Part shown: piece by piece, positions 1-13,819 of the stretch
Position numbering within the stretch: position 1 is the first letter of the stretch
Layout of the letters: every line of letters begins with the position of its first letter
Assembly (NCBI GenBank): GCA_963702475.1
Contig: CAVPCT010000005.1
Location: forward strand, 768,001-832,000
From: an uncultured Thermoleophilia bacterium
GTDB lineage: Bacteria > Actinomycetota > Thermoleophilia > UBA2241
Direction of reading: 5' to 3'
Length of the DNA stretch: 64,000 nucleotides
The notes under the pieces: generated by a model
The model's database searches: none
What the model was told of the DNA's origin: nothing
Seen by the model: only the letters and a program-made list of their open reading frames with translations
Position numbers and translations under genes: made by a program

Positions 1-3475
<3,475 letters not shown>

Positions 3476-3644
3476 GCGAGTCTCCTCTGACTAGCGTCTG
3501 GCAGGGAAGAAAGAGCACACCATACCGAGGAAGAGTGGTATGGCCGCAGGCAACGCACGACCGAGAACATTACCACGATTACCCATGCTGACGCAAGAGG
3601 GAGTTTCTGTGCCCCATCAAGTGGCCCGATTCCCGAGCGGGGCC

Positions 3645-3695
3645 GAAGAAAACGCGAGGGGCCGGGGCGCCGCACAGGCGGCCCCGGCCCCTTCG
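3645..3695 (-). terminator. Probable intrinsic terminator/attenuator between rplL and rpoB
   Basis: GC-rich inverted repeat gaggggccgggg...ccccggcccctt, followed on the minus strand by a TTTTCTTC tract. Confidence 0.6.
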
Positions 3696-3777
3696 TACAG
3701 CTCTGGCGAGCTGAGCGGCGCTACTCCTATCGACCGCCGCAGGCGGGTCGACTGGCGGTGCGCCGGAGGTTCACCGA

Positions 3778-4164
3778 CTACTTGATCTCGACGGTGGCGC
3801 CGGCGTCCTCGAGCTGCTTCTTGGCCTCCTCGGCCTCGTCCTTGGTGACGCTTTCCTTGATCGGCTTCGGGGCGCCCTCCACGACGTCCTTGGCCTCCTT
3901 GAGGCCCAGGCCGGTGAGCGCACGCACGACCTTGATGACCTGGATCTTCTGGTCGCCGAAGGCGGCGAGGATGACGTCGAACTGGGTCTTCTCCTCCTCA
4001 GGCTCCGCGGCTGCGGCACCGGCGACCGGAGCGGCGGCGACGGCCATGGGAGCGGCCGCGCTGACGCCGAACTCCTCTTCGAGCGCCTTGACCATCTCGC
4101 TGAGCTCGAGCACGGTCATGCCCTTGATGGCCTCGATCAGCTGATCCTTGGTAAGTTCTGCCAT
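3778..4164 (-). CDS. rplL: 50S ribosomal protein L7/L12
   Basis: [23 protein letters not shown]...[24 protein letters not shown]; ATG at 4164. Confidence 0.98.
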   Translation of the reverse strand: MAELTKDQLIEAIKGMTVLELSEMVKALEEEFGVSAAAPMAVAAAPVAGAAAAEPEEEKTQFDVILAAFGDQKIQVIKVVRALTGLGLKEAKDVVEGAPKPIKESVTKDEAEEAKKQLEDAGATVEIK

Positions 4165-4225
4165 TTCTCGGTTCACCTCACGTGGGGCTTGAAAGCCTTG
4201 CTGGACAGGGTGGTGCGGCGGCGGC

Positions 4226-4756
4226 TCACGCCTCGCCGGCGGCGGCGCGCTGCTGCGCCACCTGGTCGAGGGCACGCACGAAGCCGCTGATCGTGCCCTG
4301 GAGGACGGTGACCAGGCCCGTCATGGGCGCGGCCATGGTACCGACGAGCTGAGCGACGAGGACGTCGCGCGGCGGCAGGCTGGCGATGGCCTTGACGGCG
4401 GCGGCGTCGATGCGGCTCGACTCGAGCACGCCGCCGCGCACCTCGAGCTTGGGGTGCGTGCGCGCGAACTCGGACAGGGCCTTGGCGGCGGCGGCGACGT
4501 CGTCACCGCAGAAGGTGACGCCGGTGGGGCCGCTGAGCAGGTCCTTGACGACCTCGCGGCCGGACCTGTCGGCGGCGATGCCGCCGAGCGTGTTCTTGAC
4601 GATCTTGAACCGCGCGCCGCTCTCACGGAGCTTGCCGCGAAGCTCCGCGAGCTCGGCCACCGTGAGGCCGCGGTAGTCGCTGACGAACACGTTCTGCGTG
4701 TCCGTCAGAAGCTGCGTCACCTCGGCGATCACGGCCTCTTTCTCGTTTCTCAGCAT
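4226..4756 (-). CDS. rplJ: 50S ribosomal protein L10
   Basis: [14 protein letters not shown]...VKNTL motifs; synteny. Confidence 0.98.
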   Translation of the reverse strand: MLRNEKEAVIAEVTQLLTDTQNVFVSDYRGLTVAELAELRGKLRESGARFKIVKNTLGGIAADRSGREVVKDLLSGPTGVTFCGDDVAAAAKALSEFARTHPKLEVRGGVLESSRIDAAAVKAIASLPPRDVLVAQLVGTMAAPMTGLVTVLQGTISGFVRALDQVAQQRAAAGEA

Positions 4757-4774
4757 CTCGACCTCTCAGTCGCA

Positions 4775-4900
4775 AACAAAAACCCGCTCCCGAAGCGGAA
4801 GCGGGCACGGGCGGCAAAGCCGGGCTCGATTCGCCTCGGGTGGGCGGGCCCGGATGGACCCCTTCGGCTCCCGCAGGAGCACCGACCTTCTTCGGCCGCG
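4775..4900 (-). promoter_or_regulatory. L10 leader (rplJ autoregulatory RNA) with terminator-like hairpin
   Basis: Minus strand reads ccgaagaaggtcggtg...cccacccgaggc, then hairpin cccgcttccg-cttc-gggagcggg followed by TTTTTGTTT just before the rplJ SD; position matches the known L10 leader. Confidence 0.65.
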
Positions 4901-4934
4901 GCGCACGAGGCGCCGCGAAGCGGCAGTATAGAAC

Positions 4935-4974
4935 GCACTACGGGGCGCCGGCAACTGCCGGCGCCCCGTAGTGC
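4935..4974. terminator. Perfect 19-bp inverted repeat immediately downstream of rplA
   Basis: gcactacggggcgccggca-ac-tgccggcgccccgtagtgc. Confidence 0.65.
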
Positions 4975-5682
4975 TCACGACTCCAGCAGGTCGCGCGTGC
5001 GCGCAGGGTCCAGCTCGACGCTGGGGCCCATGGTGGAGGCGATGTTGACGCTCTTGATGTACTTGCCCTTGGCGGCGGAGGGCTTGGCGCGCACGATCTC
5101 GTCCAGCACCGCGCCATAGTTCTCCACCAGCATCTCCTCGGTGAAGGACTTCCTGCCGATGCTGAGGTGCACGATGCCCGAGCGGTCGGTGCGGTACTCG
5201 ACCTTGCCGCCCTTGGCGTCGCTGACGGCCTTGCCGACGTCGAACGTCACGGTGCCCGACTTGGGGTTCGGCATGAGGCCGCGCGGACCGAGGATACGGC
5301 CGAGCTTGCCCACCGTGCCCATCATGTCGGGCGTGGCGATGGCGATGTCGAAGTTGAAGACGCCGTCCTGGACCTGCTTGGCGAGGTCCTCGCTGCCGAC
5401 GATGTCGGCACCGGCGTCGCGAGCCTCGCGGGCCTTGTCGCCCTCGGCGAACACGGCCACGCGCATCTCCTTGCCGGTGCCGTGCGGCAGCACGGTGGTG
5501 CCGCGCACGATCTGGTCGGCGTGGCGCACGTCGACGCCGAGGCGGAAGTGGACCTCCACGGTCTCATCGAACTTGGCGCCGGGCAGCGTCTTGAGCAGGC
5601 GCATGCCCTCGAGGGGTGAGTAGAGCCGCCCGGGCTCGACGGAGCGTTTGGCGGCGACGTAGGTGCGGCCCTTCTTGGCCAT
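4975..5682 (-). CDS. rplA: 50S ribosomal protein L1
   Basis: MAKKGRTY...[15 protein letters not shown]...[15 protein letters not shown]. Confidence 0.98.
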   Translation of the reverse strand: MAKKGRTYVAAKRSVEPGRLYSPLEGMRLLKTLPGAKFDETVEVHFRLGVDVRHADQIVRGTTVLPHGTGKEMRVAVFAEGDKAREARDAGADIVGSEDLAKQVQDGVFNFDIAIATPDMMGTVGKLGRILGPRGLMPNPKSGTVTFDVGKAVSDAKGGKVEYRTDRSGIVHLSIGRKSFTEEMLVENYGAVLDEIVRAKPSAAKGKYIKSVNIASTMGPSVELDPARTRDLLES

Positions 5683-5764
5683 TCGCGTACCTCCTGTGGT
5701 GCAAACGGCGACAGCGATCGCCTCCCACATCGGCGGGACCGGCAATGAGCCGGCCCCGCAGGGG

Positions 5765-6193
5765 TCATGCTTCGACGACCTCCACGCCCATGCTGCGGGC
5801 GGTGCCCTCGATGATCTTCATGGCGGCGTCGACGTCGTTGGCGTTGAGGTCGGGCAGCTTGGTCTCGGCTATGGCGCGGACCTGGTCGCGCGTGACCTTG
5901 CCGACCTTGTGACGGTTGGGCTCGCCCGAGCCCTTGTCGAGACCGATGGCCTCGCGCAGCAGCACGGCCGCCGGCGGCGTCTTGGTGACGAACGTGAACG
6001 AACGGTCTTCGTACACGGAGATCTCGACCGGCACGACGCTGCTGCTCGAGCCCTGCGTCTGGGCGTTGAACGCCTTGCAGAACTCCATGATGTTGACGCC
6101 GTGCTGGCCCAGGGCGGGGCCGACGGGCGGAGCCGGACTGGCGGCGCCGGCGGCGATCTGCAACTTGATCTTGGTGAGGACCTTCTTGGCCAC
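5765..6193 (-). CDS. rplK: 50S ribosomal protein L11
   Basis: GTG start; [35 protein letters not shown]. Confidence 0.98.
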   Translation of the reverse strand: MAKKVLTKIKLQIAAGAASPAPPVGPALGQHGVNIMEFCKAFNAQTQGSSSSVVPVEISVYEDRSFTFVTKTPPAAVLLREAIGLDKGSGEPNRHKVGKVTRDQVRAIAETKLPDLNANDVDAAMKIIEGTARSMGVEVVEA

Positions 6194-6216
6194 TGCTTGC
6201 CTCGCTTGCTGCTCGG

Positions 6217-6741
6217 TTAGGACGTCTTCTTGACCTGGTCGAAGGCGAGCTCGACCGGCGTCTCGCGGCCGAAGATCGACACCATGACCTTGAGCCGGCT
6301 CTGGTCGAGGTTGACCTCGACGACGTCGCCGGAGAAATCGCTCAGCGGACCCGAGGTGACGCGGACGTTCTCGCCCACGCTGAACTCGGCCTTCTGCTTG
6401 GGCCGCTCCACGGAGGCCGTGTGCATGATGCGGTCGACCTCGGCGCGCGACAGCGGGACAGGTTTGTTCTGCGCGCCGACGAAGCCGGTGACGCCCGGGG
6501 TGTTCTTGACCAGCGACCAGGTGTCGTCGGTGAGCTCCATCTGCACGAGCACGTAGCCCGGGAAGACGCGCCGCTCGCTGGTGATCTTCTCGCCGTCCTT
6601 GGTCTCGACGACCTGCTCGGTGGGCACCACGATCTGGTGGATGCGCTCCTCCTGGTGCATGGACTGGCGCCGGTGCTCGAGGTTGGCCTTGACCTTGTTC
6701 TCGTGCCCCGAATAGGTATTGACGACATACCACTTATACAC
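6217..6741 (-). CDS. nusG: Transcription termination/antitermination factor NusG
   Basis: [15 protein letters not shown]...FPGYVLV...KOW domain ending [11 protein letters not shown]. Confidence 0.98.
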   Translation of the reverse strand: MYKWYVVNTYSGHENKVKANLEHRRQSMHQEERIHQIVVPTEQVVETKDGEKITSERRVFPGYVLVQMELTDDTWSLVKNTPGVTGFVGAQNKPVPLSRAEVDRIMHTASVERPKQKAEFSVGENVRVTSGPLSDFSGDVVEVNLDQSRLKVMVSIFGRETPVELAFDQVKKTS

Positions 6742-6753
6742 GCGTGACCCGCC

Positions 6754-7098
6754 TCACTTGATCACCGAGAGGATCACGTCGACGGCCTTGGCGAAGACGA
6801 CATCGAGGACGCCCGTGTAGACCGTCGCGATGCCGACCGCGACGAGCACGACGAGGGTGGACTGGATGAGGTCCTTGCGCGTCGGCCACGTGACCTTGCC
6901 CAGCTCGATGCGGACATCCCGCAGGAACCTGCCGAGGCCGCGCTTCTCGCCCGACCTGCCGGACTTCGCAGGCGCCTTGGACTTCTGCTGCCCGCGACGC
7001 GCCGGCTTGGCGTCCGCCCGTTTGGCGACGGACTTGCCGCCTGACGCGGGCTTGCCCTTGCCGGACTTGTCCTGTCTGTTGTCCGAAGTCTTCGCCAC
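6754..7098 (-). CDS. secE: Preprotein translocase subunit SecE
   Basis: FLRDVRIELGKVTWPTRKDL plus one TM helix; long basic N-terminus; synteny. Confidence 0.95.
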   Translation of the reverse strand: MAKTSDNRQDKSGKGKPASGGKSVAKRADAKPARRGQQKSKAPAKSGRSGEKRGLGRFLRDVRIELGKVTWPTRKDLIQSTLVVLVAVGIATVYTGVLDVVFAKAVDVILSVIK

Positions 7099-7118
7099 TC
7101 AACCGCTCCGATGGTCGT

Positions 7119-7194
7119 TGGCAGGGCTGGAGGGACTCGAACCCCCGACCCCCGGTTTTGGAGACCGGTGCTCTACCAATTGAGCTACAGCCCT
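7119..7194 (-). tRNA. tRNA-Trp (CCA)
   Basis: 76-nt cloverleaf AGGGCTGTAGCTCAATTGGTAGAGCACCGGTCTCCAAAACCGG...GTTCGAGTCCCTCCAGCCCTGCCA; anticodon CCA; encoded CCA end. Confidence 0.97.
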
Positions 7195-7215
7195 AAGAAC
7201 ACAAGGGGGGAACGC

Positions 7216-7365
7216 TCAGCGCGTCTCCTTGTGCACGGTGTGCGTCCCGCACCAGCGGCAGTACTTCTTCAGCTCGATGCGGTCCGGATCGTTCTTCTTG
7301 TTCTTGTTGGTGTGATAGTTGCGACGCTTGCACTCCTGGCAAGCGAGGGTGACCAGCTGGCGCAC
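7216..7365 (-). CDS. rpmG: 50S ribosomal protein L33 (zinc-ribbon, C+ type)
   Basis: Manual translation (49 aa, below the ORF-track cutoff): [49 protein letters not shown]. Confidence 0.97.
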   Translation of the reverse strand: MRQLVTLACQECKRRNYHTNKNKKNDPDRIELKKYCRWCGTHTVHKETR

Positions 7366-7699
7366 GTCGTCGTCCTTTCAAAAAGAAGCACGTAAGGATA
7401 GCAAGGGTGCACCGCGAGGGTCAACGCGGGTCCTCACGGCTCCCCGGCGCGGACCTCACGCCGCGCCGACCACGGCGGCGCAGTATAGCAGACGCCGCCG
7501 GGCCGGCAAACCGCGCACGATGGGCGAGGCGACCTGACCGCCTCTGGCCCTGCGGGCAGGCGACCTCGCCCGACGCCCGCGCCCGCAGGCTTCGCGCGGC
7601 GACGCGATGAGGTACGGTGTCTTGGTACGCTTCGGACCGGAGGGACCGTCCGGCACACCGGTGCCGCGGCGGGACCAGGAGAGACGGGGACCGTCACAC

Positions 7700-8703
7700 G
7701 TGACCGACGACACACCGACGACAGGCTCACCTGCGGCCCACGGCGGGCGCCCGCACAGGCCCGTCCCGCCGCCGGAGGTGCCGGGCGGGACGACGGGCGG
7801 TCCGGCGCAGGGAGGGTCGCCGGGCGGCCGCGCGCCCGCGAGCGCCGCGGAAGGCGGCATGGCGCCCGGGCGGGTAGCCGCGCCTCCGATGGTGGCCCCG
7901 GGAGTGCAGCCCCTCCCCCCGCCCCCTCCCTCGGCGTCACCGGAGGTGCTCGCGGGGAGGCGGCGCTCGACCGGTCGGGCGCCGGCCCGCACGCCCACCT
8001 CGGACCCGAGGCACGAGGCCCGCTGCGCCGTGAGGCGGCGTGGGGCTGGCGGTCCGGGCTGGCGGGGCTGGCCGTGGGGTTCGGCCCCGAGATGCTCCTG
8101 TACGCGGTATCGCTCGGCGTCGTCGCGGCCGACACGCAGGACACCGCGGTGACCACAGCCTCGGCCGTCGCTCTCGTCCTCATCTCGCTCCTGGTGTACG
8201 GATGGCACACCGCGGCGGCCTGGTTCTTCTCGGTACGCGTGGCCGGCCAGGGGCTGTCGGCCTGGGGGTTCCGCCTGCCCACACGCGCCTTCTTCTGGAC
8301 CATCCCCGCGGCGCTCGCCGTGGTCTACGCGGTGAGCATCGTCCACGACGTGGTCGTCGACCCCGAGCAGCAGGACATCGTCGGCCAGTTCCCGCACACC
8401 CCGCTCGGCATCGCGCTCTTCGTGCTCCTGGCGGTGATCATCGCACCGCTGGCCGAGGAGGTCTTCTTCCGCGGCTTCCTGTTCCGCGCCTTCGCCTCCT
8501 CCTGGGGGTGGGTGACCGGCGCCGTGGTCTCCGCGGCCGTGTTCGGCGTGGCTCACGTTCAGCTGGACGTGTTCTTCCCCCTCTTCGCCCTCGGCCTCAT
8601 GCTCGCGTGGGTGTACAAACGCACCGGGTCGCTGTGGACCAGCATCGCGCTGCACGCGCTCTTCAACGGCCTCTCAGTGCTCGTCTGGGCGGTCGGAGGC
8701 TGA
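7700..8703 (+). CDS. CPBP (CAAX/Abi) family intramembrane metalloprotease with Pro-rich N-terminus; apparent frameshift at ~7910-7955
   Basis: AEEVFFRGFL, FGVAH and SIALHALFN motifs. The protease frame stays open upstream of 8074 (AWGWRSGLAGLAVG) without a start codon, while a GTG-started Pro-rich frame begins at 7700; C/G runs lie at the junction. Confidence 0.8.
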
Positions 8704-8770
8704 GGGTCACCGCCGACGGCGGCGCGGTCGCACGAGCGCGCGGCGCGCAGCGGCGCGAGCGGAGCGCCGG

Positions 8771-9595
8771 TCAGCCCAGCAGCGTGGGCTTGCGCAACTC
8801 CCGGCAGTGGCAGTCGTCGTCGTCCGGAAGCGTTGCCAGTGCCGTGAGCAGGATGCGGGCCATGAGCGCCGAGTCTTCTCGGAACATGGTGGCCAGCACC
8901 TCGTGCTCCCACTCCTGCACCACGCCCTCTCCGTAGTTGACGACGAGGTAGATGCCCGCGTAGCAGGCGCCGATGTCGCGGGCCAGCCACACCTCGGGGC
9001 AGAAGCTCTGGCCCACCACGTCGCCGAGCGTCTGCAGGTGGCGGACCTCGGCCGGCGACTCGAAACGCGGCCCTTCGGTGACGACGTAGGTGCCCCGCGA
9101 GAACAGGCGGCGCGAGGGGGCCAGCACGCGCGCCGCCCCGAGAAGCGCCTCTCGACCGGTTTCGCACACCGGGTCGCGCATGATGAGCAGGTGGCCGCCG
9201 GCCACCAGGCCGTAGCGATCGCGGTCGGTGGTCTGGTCCACGAAGTCGTCGACCACGATGAAATCGCCCGGGTCGAGCAGGTGGTTGAGGCTGCCGACGC
9301 CGGCGTCCGAGAGGATCCTCCTGACGCCGGCCCTATGCAGCACGCTGAACACCTGGCGGGAGGCGCGCCCGCGCGAGACGCCCTTGCGCCAGCCGTGCAG
9401 GCGCACGTGCAGGACGGCCCGCCCGCCGATCTCGAACAACGTGAACGGCGGGCTCTCGCCCCACGGCGTCTCGAAGACGAGGTCGCGCTCGACGAGGCGA
9501 GCGGCAGGATGGAGTTCGCCGGGAAACGCGGCGGCCAGCGAGCCGGAACCGCCGATGACGGCGAGCCTGGCGTCGGGGATCGCCGCCACGCTCAA
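8771..9595 (-). CDS. MTAP/MTIP-family purine nucleoside phosphorylase
   Basis: LAVIGGSG, TPWG, GVGSL, DFVDQT and GTYVVTEGPRFESPAE motifs; TTG start overlaps the upstream stop. Confidence 0.85.
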   Translation of the reverse strand: MSVAAIPDARLAVIGGSGSLAAAFPGELHPAARLVERDLVFETPWGESPPFTLFEIGGRAVLHVRLHGWRKGVSRGRASRQVFSVLHRAGVRRILSDAGVGSLNHLLDPGDFIVVDDFVDQTTDRDRYGLVAGGHLLIMRDPVCETGREALLGAARVLAPSRRLFSRGTYVVTEGPRFESPAEVRHLQTLGDVVGQSFCPEVWLARDIGACYAGIYLVVNYGEGVVQEWEHEVLATMFREDSALMARILLTALATLPDDDDCHCRELRKPTLLG

Positions 9596-10377
9596 TACCC
9601 CGCCAGGTCGGGCGTGACGCGCAGCGTCATGAGCTGCACGTGGTCGCCGTGGTCGGACGTGTACCGGCTCAGCGCCTGGTCCAGCGAGGGCGGCAGTCCG
9701 CGCACCTCGCCGAGTACGCTCTTGCCGCGCGCCACCGCATCGCCCAGAGCGACCTGGGGTCTCGCTATGTGGGTGACCACCAGCAGCAACGAGGGGTCGC
9801 GGGCCAGCTGGATGGCGATCTCCACGTCCGCGTAGCGCCCGAGGATGCGGTACTGCTTGATGGCCGTGACCTTGCCGTCGACGGGGCTGACCACCGCGGA
9901 GCCCGGCACGGCCCCGACGTCGAGCCCCGACGTTGCGGGAGACGTCTGCGTCCCCGTGCCGTCCATGAGGTAGTACTGCACGCCGCCTCCTCCGGCAAAG
10001 ACGCCGGCGAGCGCTTCTCCGAGACCGCCGCCGCCGAGACGCTCCCCGGCCGGCGAGAACGGGACGGTACCTTCGTAGTCCACCGGATGATAGGCGATCG
10101 CCGTGGTGACATCGCGAGCCACCGGCAGGACGACATCGACACCGTCGACGCTGGCCACCACGACCTCGCCGGCATCGCCCGGACTGGCGTCGGTCGCGGG
10201 CAGGGCGGCGCTCTGCGGCACCCGGGCCGGGGTCTCCCCGGGGACGGCGTACGCAGCCCACACCGCGACGGCGATGAGGGCGACGAGGACGGCCAGGGCG
10301 ACTATGCGCCGGCGCAGGATCTGGTTCCGGCGACGAGGGCTGTCGCTCCGCCGACGGCCTTCCGGAGCGGTGCGCAT
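9592..10377 (-). CDS. Membrane-anchored M23-peptidase-like protein
   Basis: Arg-rich N-terminus, one TM helix, GLDVGAVPGSAVVSPVDGKV and HVQL resembling the M23 core. Confidence 0.6.
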   Translation of the reverse strand: MRTAPEGRRRSDSPRRRNQILRRRIVALAVLVALIAVAVWAAYAVPGETPARVPQSAALPATDASPGDAGEVVVASVDGVDVVLPVARDVTTAIAYHPVDYEGTVPFSPAGERLGGGGLGEALAGVFAGGGGVQYYLMDGTGTQTSPATSGLDVGAVPGSAVVSPVDGKVTAIKQYRILGRYADVEIAIQLARDPSLLLVVTHIARPQVALGDAVARGKSVLGEVRGLPPSLDQALSRYTSDHGDHVQLMTLRVTPDLAGY

Positions 10378-10604
10378 GACCTGAGCAACGTACACGCGCC
10401 GCTCCGCGGTCGCAAGCCGGCTGGCGTTCAGGACCACCGCGAACGCGTCACGGCCTCCCCGCGACCGTTGTCACCCCTGACGATGGTTCATGCGATGCAG
10501 CACTCAATGTCGGTCGCCTCCGGCCGATACCCGGGATAGGCGGACGTTCCACCGCAGAGCGCCCGGAACCACGTTGACACCACTGCTGGGCTCGGAGGTG
10601 AGCC

Positions 10605-11132
10605 GTGAAGTCCCGTCAAGGGAAGCTCTCGCTGCTGGTGGCGCTCGCGGTCCTCGTGTTCGCGGCGTGCGCCGCACCCTCCCTTGCAGGTACCCAGCTC
10701 AACCCCTACGAGCAGCAGCTGGTCAAGTACATCAACCAGGAGCGCGCGAAGCAGGGTCTCAAGAAGCTCAAGGTGCACGCCGACCTCGTCGCGGCCGCAC
10801 GCGCGCACTCGACCGACATGGGGATGAACAAGTACTTCCAGCACGACTCCCTGGACGGCTCCACCTTCGTCAAGCGCATCGTCGCCGCCGGGTACGAGCG
10901 TGAGGGCTACGACTCCTGGAAGGCCGGCGAGACCATCGGCTGGGGCGCCGGCCTGTTCTCCAGCCCCGTGGTGATCGTCCAGCAATGGATGGAGTCGCCC
11001 GCCCACAAGGCCGTCATCCTCAACAAGTCGCTCAGGGAGATCGGCGTCGGTGCGGTGAGCACCGAGGGCTACGGGTCCATAGAGGGCACCGTCTGGTTCT
11101 TCACCATGGATGCGGCCGCGCGCGCCAAGTGA
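10605..11132 (+). CDS. Secreted CAP (SCP) domain protein
   Basis: Signal peptide; INQERAKQGL...AARAHSTDM...YFQH...GETI...WMESPAHKAVIL. Confidence 0.93.
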   Translation: MKSRQGKLSLLVALAVLVFAACAAPSLAGTQLNPYEQQLVKYINQERAKQGLKKLKVHADLVAAARAHSTDMGMNKYFQHDSLDGSTFVKRIVAAGYEREGYDSWKAGETIGWGAGLFSSPVVIVQQWMESPAHKAVILNKSLREIGVGAVSTEGYGSIEGTVWFFTMDAAARAK

Positions 11133-11156
11133 CGGACGGACGCGCGCGGTGACCTC

Positions 11157-11180
11157 GAAGGGGCGCGGATGCGCCCCTTC
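11157..11180 (+). terminator. Hairpin downstream of the CAP gene
   Basis: gaaggggcgc-ggat-gcgccccttc. Confidence 0.5.
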
Positions 11181-11247
11181 TCGCGTACGGGCACGTGTCG
11201 CCGGCCGGCGAGCGGCCGCCGTCCGGGCAGTCGAGTAGGATGACCGC

Positions 11248-13653
11248 GTGAGCGCGAGCACGGACACGGCAGGGGGCGGCGGCGCGACGGAGCGCCGCCT
11301 CGCGGCCCTGTTCCGTGAGGGCGGTCACGAACAGGTGGTGGCCGTCGCCCACGAGGCGGCGCGCCGGGGGCGCGCCGCCTCGCTGCCCGACGACCTGCCG
11401 GAGGCGCTCCGCGAGGCGCTCGTCGCCGCCGGCGTCGGCGAGCTCTACGGCCACCAGCGCGCGGCGTACGACCTGCTGGCCGCCGGCAGCCACGTCGTCG
11501 TCAGCACCGGCACGGCGAGCGGCAAGAGCCTCTGCTACCAGCTCGCCGTGCTCGATGCATACGCGCGCGACCCGCAGAGCCGCGCGCTCCTCCTCTTCCC
11601 CACCAAGGCCCTCGCCCAGGACCAGGCGCGCAAGCTGTCCGGCCTGCGGCCCGACCGCAGCGCGCACGGCAAGAATCTGCGGCCCGCCGTGCCGGCCATC
11701 TACGACGGCGACACGCCCAAGGACGTGCGCGCCGACGTGCGGCGCAACTCCACCATCCTGCTCAGCAACCCCGACATGCTGCATCTCGGCATCCTGCCGA
11801 GCCACGAGCGCTGGGCCGAGTTCCTGCACCATCTGCGCTTCGTCGTGCTCGACGAGGCCCACGTCTACCGCGGCGTGTTCGGCAGCCACGTCGCCCAGGT
11901 GGTCCGCCGCCTGCGCCGCCTGTGCGCCTACTACGGCGGCGACCCGCTGTTCGTGCTCACCTCCGCCACCATCGCCGAGCCGCAGGCCTTCGCCGAGCGC
12001 CTCGTGGGCGTGTCGTTCACGGCTGTCGACGAGGACCAGGCGCCGCGACCGGAGCGCACGGTGGTGTTCTGGAACCCGCCGCTCGAGGACCCGGCGGCGG
12101 GCACCCGGCGCAGCGCCCTGGCCGAAGCGAGCTACGTCACGGCCGAGAGCGTGCTTGCCGGCGCGCGCGTGATCGCCTTCGCCCCCACGCGCAAGGCGGC
12201 GGAGTTGGTGTACGGGCACGTGCGCCGCCGCCTCGAGGACCGCGACCCCGGCGGCGCCGCGGCGCGCGTCATGCCCTACCGTGCCGGCTACACGCCGCAG
12301 CAGCGGCGCGACATCGAGCGTCGCCTGTTCGCGCACGAGCTCGACGCCGTCGTGGCCACGCAGGCGCTCGAGCTCGGTATCGACGTCGGCAGCCTGGACG
12401 TCTCGCTGGTCACCGGCTTTCCCGGCACGGTCACCAGCCTGCGCCAGCGCTGGGGCCGGGCCGGCCGCAAGGGGCACGGCTGGGCCGTGCTGGTGGCCGG
12501 CCAGGACGCACTCGACCAGTACTTCATGCGCGAGCCGGAGCTGCTGCTCTCGCGCCGCGTCGAAGAAGCCATCATCGACCTGCACAACCCGCACATCTCG
12601 GCGCGTCACCTGGAGGCCGCCGCGTACGAGCGGCCCCTCACGCCGTCGGACGAGGCCTACTTCGGCGCCGAGGGCATGCTCACCGCGGAGCGCCTGGCCG
12701 AGTCCGGCCGGCTCCGCCGCCACGCGGACGGCCTGGTGTGGGGGCAGCCCCACTCGCCGGCCGCCGAGACGAGCCTGCGCACCGCCGGCCGCGAGCAGTT
12801 CGTCATCGTCGAGCGCCACAGCGGCGAGCTCATCGGCACGCTCGAACACGAGCGCGTGTTCCGCTTCGCCCACCCGGGCGCCGTGTACCTGCATCTGGGC
12901 CGCAGCTACCTCGTCACCGGCCTCGACCTCCCCGGCCGCACGGTGCTCGTGGAGGACTTCGACGGCACGTACTACACGCAGGCCAAGGTGGACAAGAACG
13001 TGCTCATCGCCGGGCAGGCGGGCATGCGTCCCCTGCCCGGCGGCCCGCTGTTCTTCGGCGAGATCGAGGTCACCGAGCAGGTCATCGCCTACCAGAAGCG
13101 CGACATGACCGACCAGCACATCATCGACACCACGAGCCTCGACCTGCCCGAGCAGACGTTCACCACACAGGCCTTCTGGCTGGCCGTGCCCGCCGCCACC
13201 GTCGATGGGGCTCTGGGCCCGCTCGTGCCCGCCCTGCCTGAAGAAGTCGGGCACGCCGACAAGCCCCGCGGTCCAGAGACGGTCGTCCCCGGATCGTTGC
13301 ACGCCGCCGAGCACGCCCTCATCGCCCTGTTGCCGCTCTACGCCATGTGCGACCGCTGGGACATCGGCGGCCTCAGCACGCCGTGGCATTGGCAGACCGA
13401 CGTGGCGAGCATCTTCGTGTACGACGGCTACCCGGGCGGCATCGGGCTCGCGAAGCGCGGCTACGATGCCTTCGAGAGCCTCGCCGCCGACGCCGCTGCG
13501 CTGGTAGCCGCCTGCCCCTGCGAGAGCGGCTGCCCGAGCTGCGTGCAGAGCCCCAAGTGCGGCAACCTCAACGAGCCGCTGCACAAGGCCGGGTCGGTGG
13601 CCCTGCTGCGTGCGCTGCTCGGCCACCCGCCGGCCGGCGCTCTCCGTGCCTGA
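11248..13653 (+). CDS. DEAH-box helicase with C-terminal DUF1998 Cys cluster (Hrq1/SftH/MrfA/YprA family)
   Basis: TGTASGKS, DEAH, SAT, QRWGRAGR; C-terminal CPCESGCPSCVQSPKCGN. Confidence 0.93.
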   Translation: MSASTDTAGGGGATERRLAALFREGGHEQVVAVAHEAARRGRAASLPDDLPEALREALVAAGVGELYGHQRAAYDLLAAGSHVVVSTGTASGKSLCYQLAVLDAYARDPQSRALLLFPTKALAQDQARKLSGLRPDRSAHGKNLRPAVPAIYDGDTPKDVRADVRRNSTILLSNPDMLHLGILPSHERWAEFLHHLRFVVLDEAHVYRGVFGSHVAQVVRRLRRLCAYYGGDPLFVLTSATIAEPQAFAERLVGVSFTAVDEDQAPRPERTVVFWNPPLEDPAAGTRRSALAEASYVTAESVLAGARVIAFAPTRKAAELVYGHVRRRLEDRDPGGAAARVMPYRAGYTPQQRRDIERRLFAHELDAVVATQALELGIDVGSLDVSLVTGFPGTVTSLRQRWGRAGRKGHGWAVLVAGQDALDQYFMREPELLLSRRVEEAIIDLHNPHISARHLEAAAYERPLTPSDEAYFGAEGMLTAERLAESGRLRRHADGLVWGQPHSPAAETSLRTAGREQFVIVERHSGELIGTLEHERVFRFAHPGAVYLHLGRSYLVTGLDLPGRTVLVEDFDGTYYTQAKVDKNVLIAGQAGMRPLPGGPLFFGEIEVTEQVIAYQKRDMTDQHIIDTTSLDLPEQTFTTQAFWLAVPAATVDGALGPLVPALPEEVGHADKPRGPETVVPGSLHAAEHALIALLPLYAMCDRWDIGGLSTPWHWQTDVASIFVYDGYPGGIGLAKRGYDAFESLAADAAALVAACPCESGCPSCVQSPKCGNLNEPLHKAGSVALLRALLGHPPAGALRA

Positions 13654-13819
13654 GCCCGGCCGGAGAGCCGGCGCGCCGGCGCCCCGCCGGCACGTCCGCA
13701 CCGCCGGGGCGCCGGCGGCAGGGCGGTGATGCCCGAAGGCCGCCGAGCTTGACGGTGCGCTATCATGGAGATAGGCCGTGAAGCGTCGCCGCGGGAGAGC
13801 CCGATCCTGGAGGAGAGGC

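Noticed and set aside
7119-7700. tRNA-Trp as an integration site for an island or prophage
   Set aside because: The tRNA is in its normal rpmG-secE context, and no integrase or duplicated 3' end was seen.
11248-13653. DUF1998 helicase as a DISARM/Druantia defence system
   Set aside because: No methylase, PLD or partner helicase genes nearby; the architecture fits a stand-alone Hrq1/SftH repair helicase.
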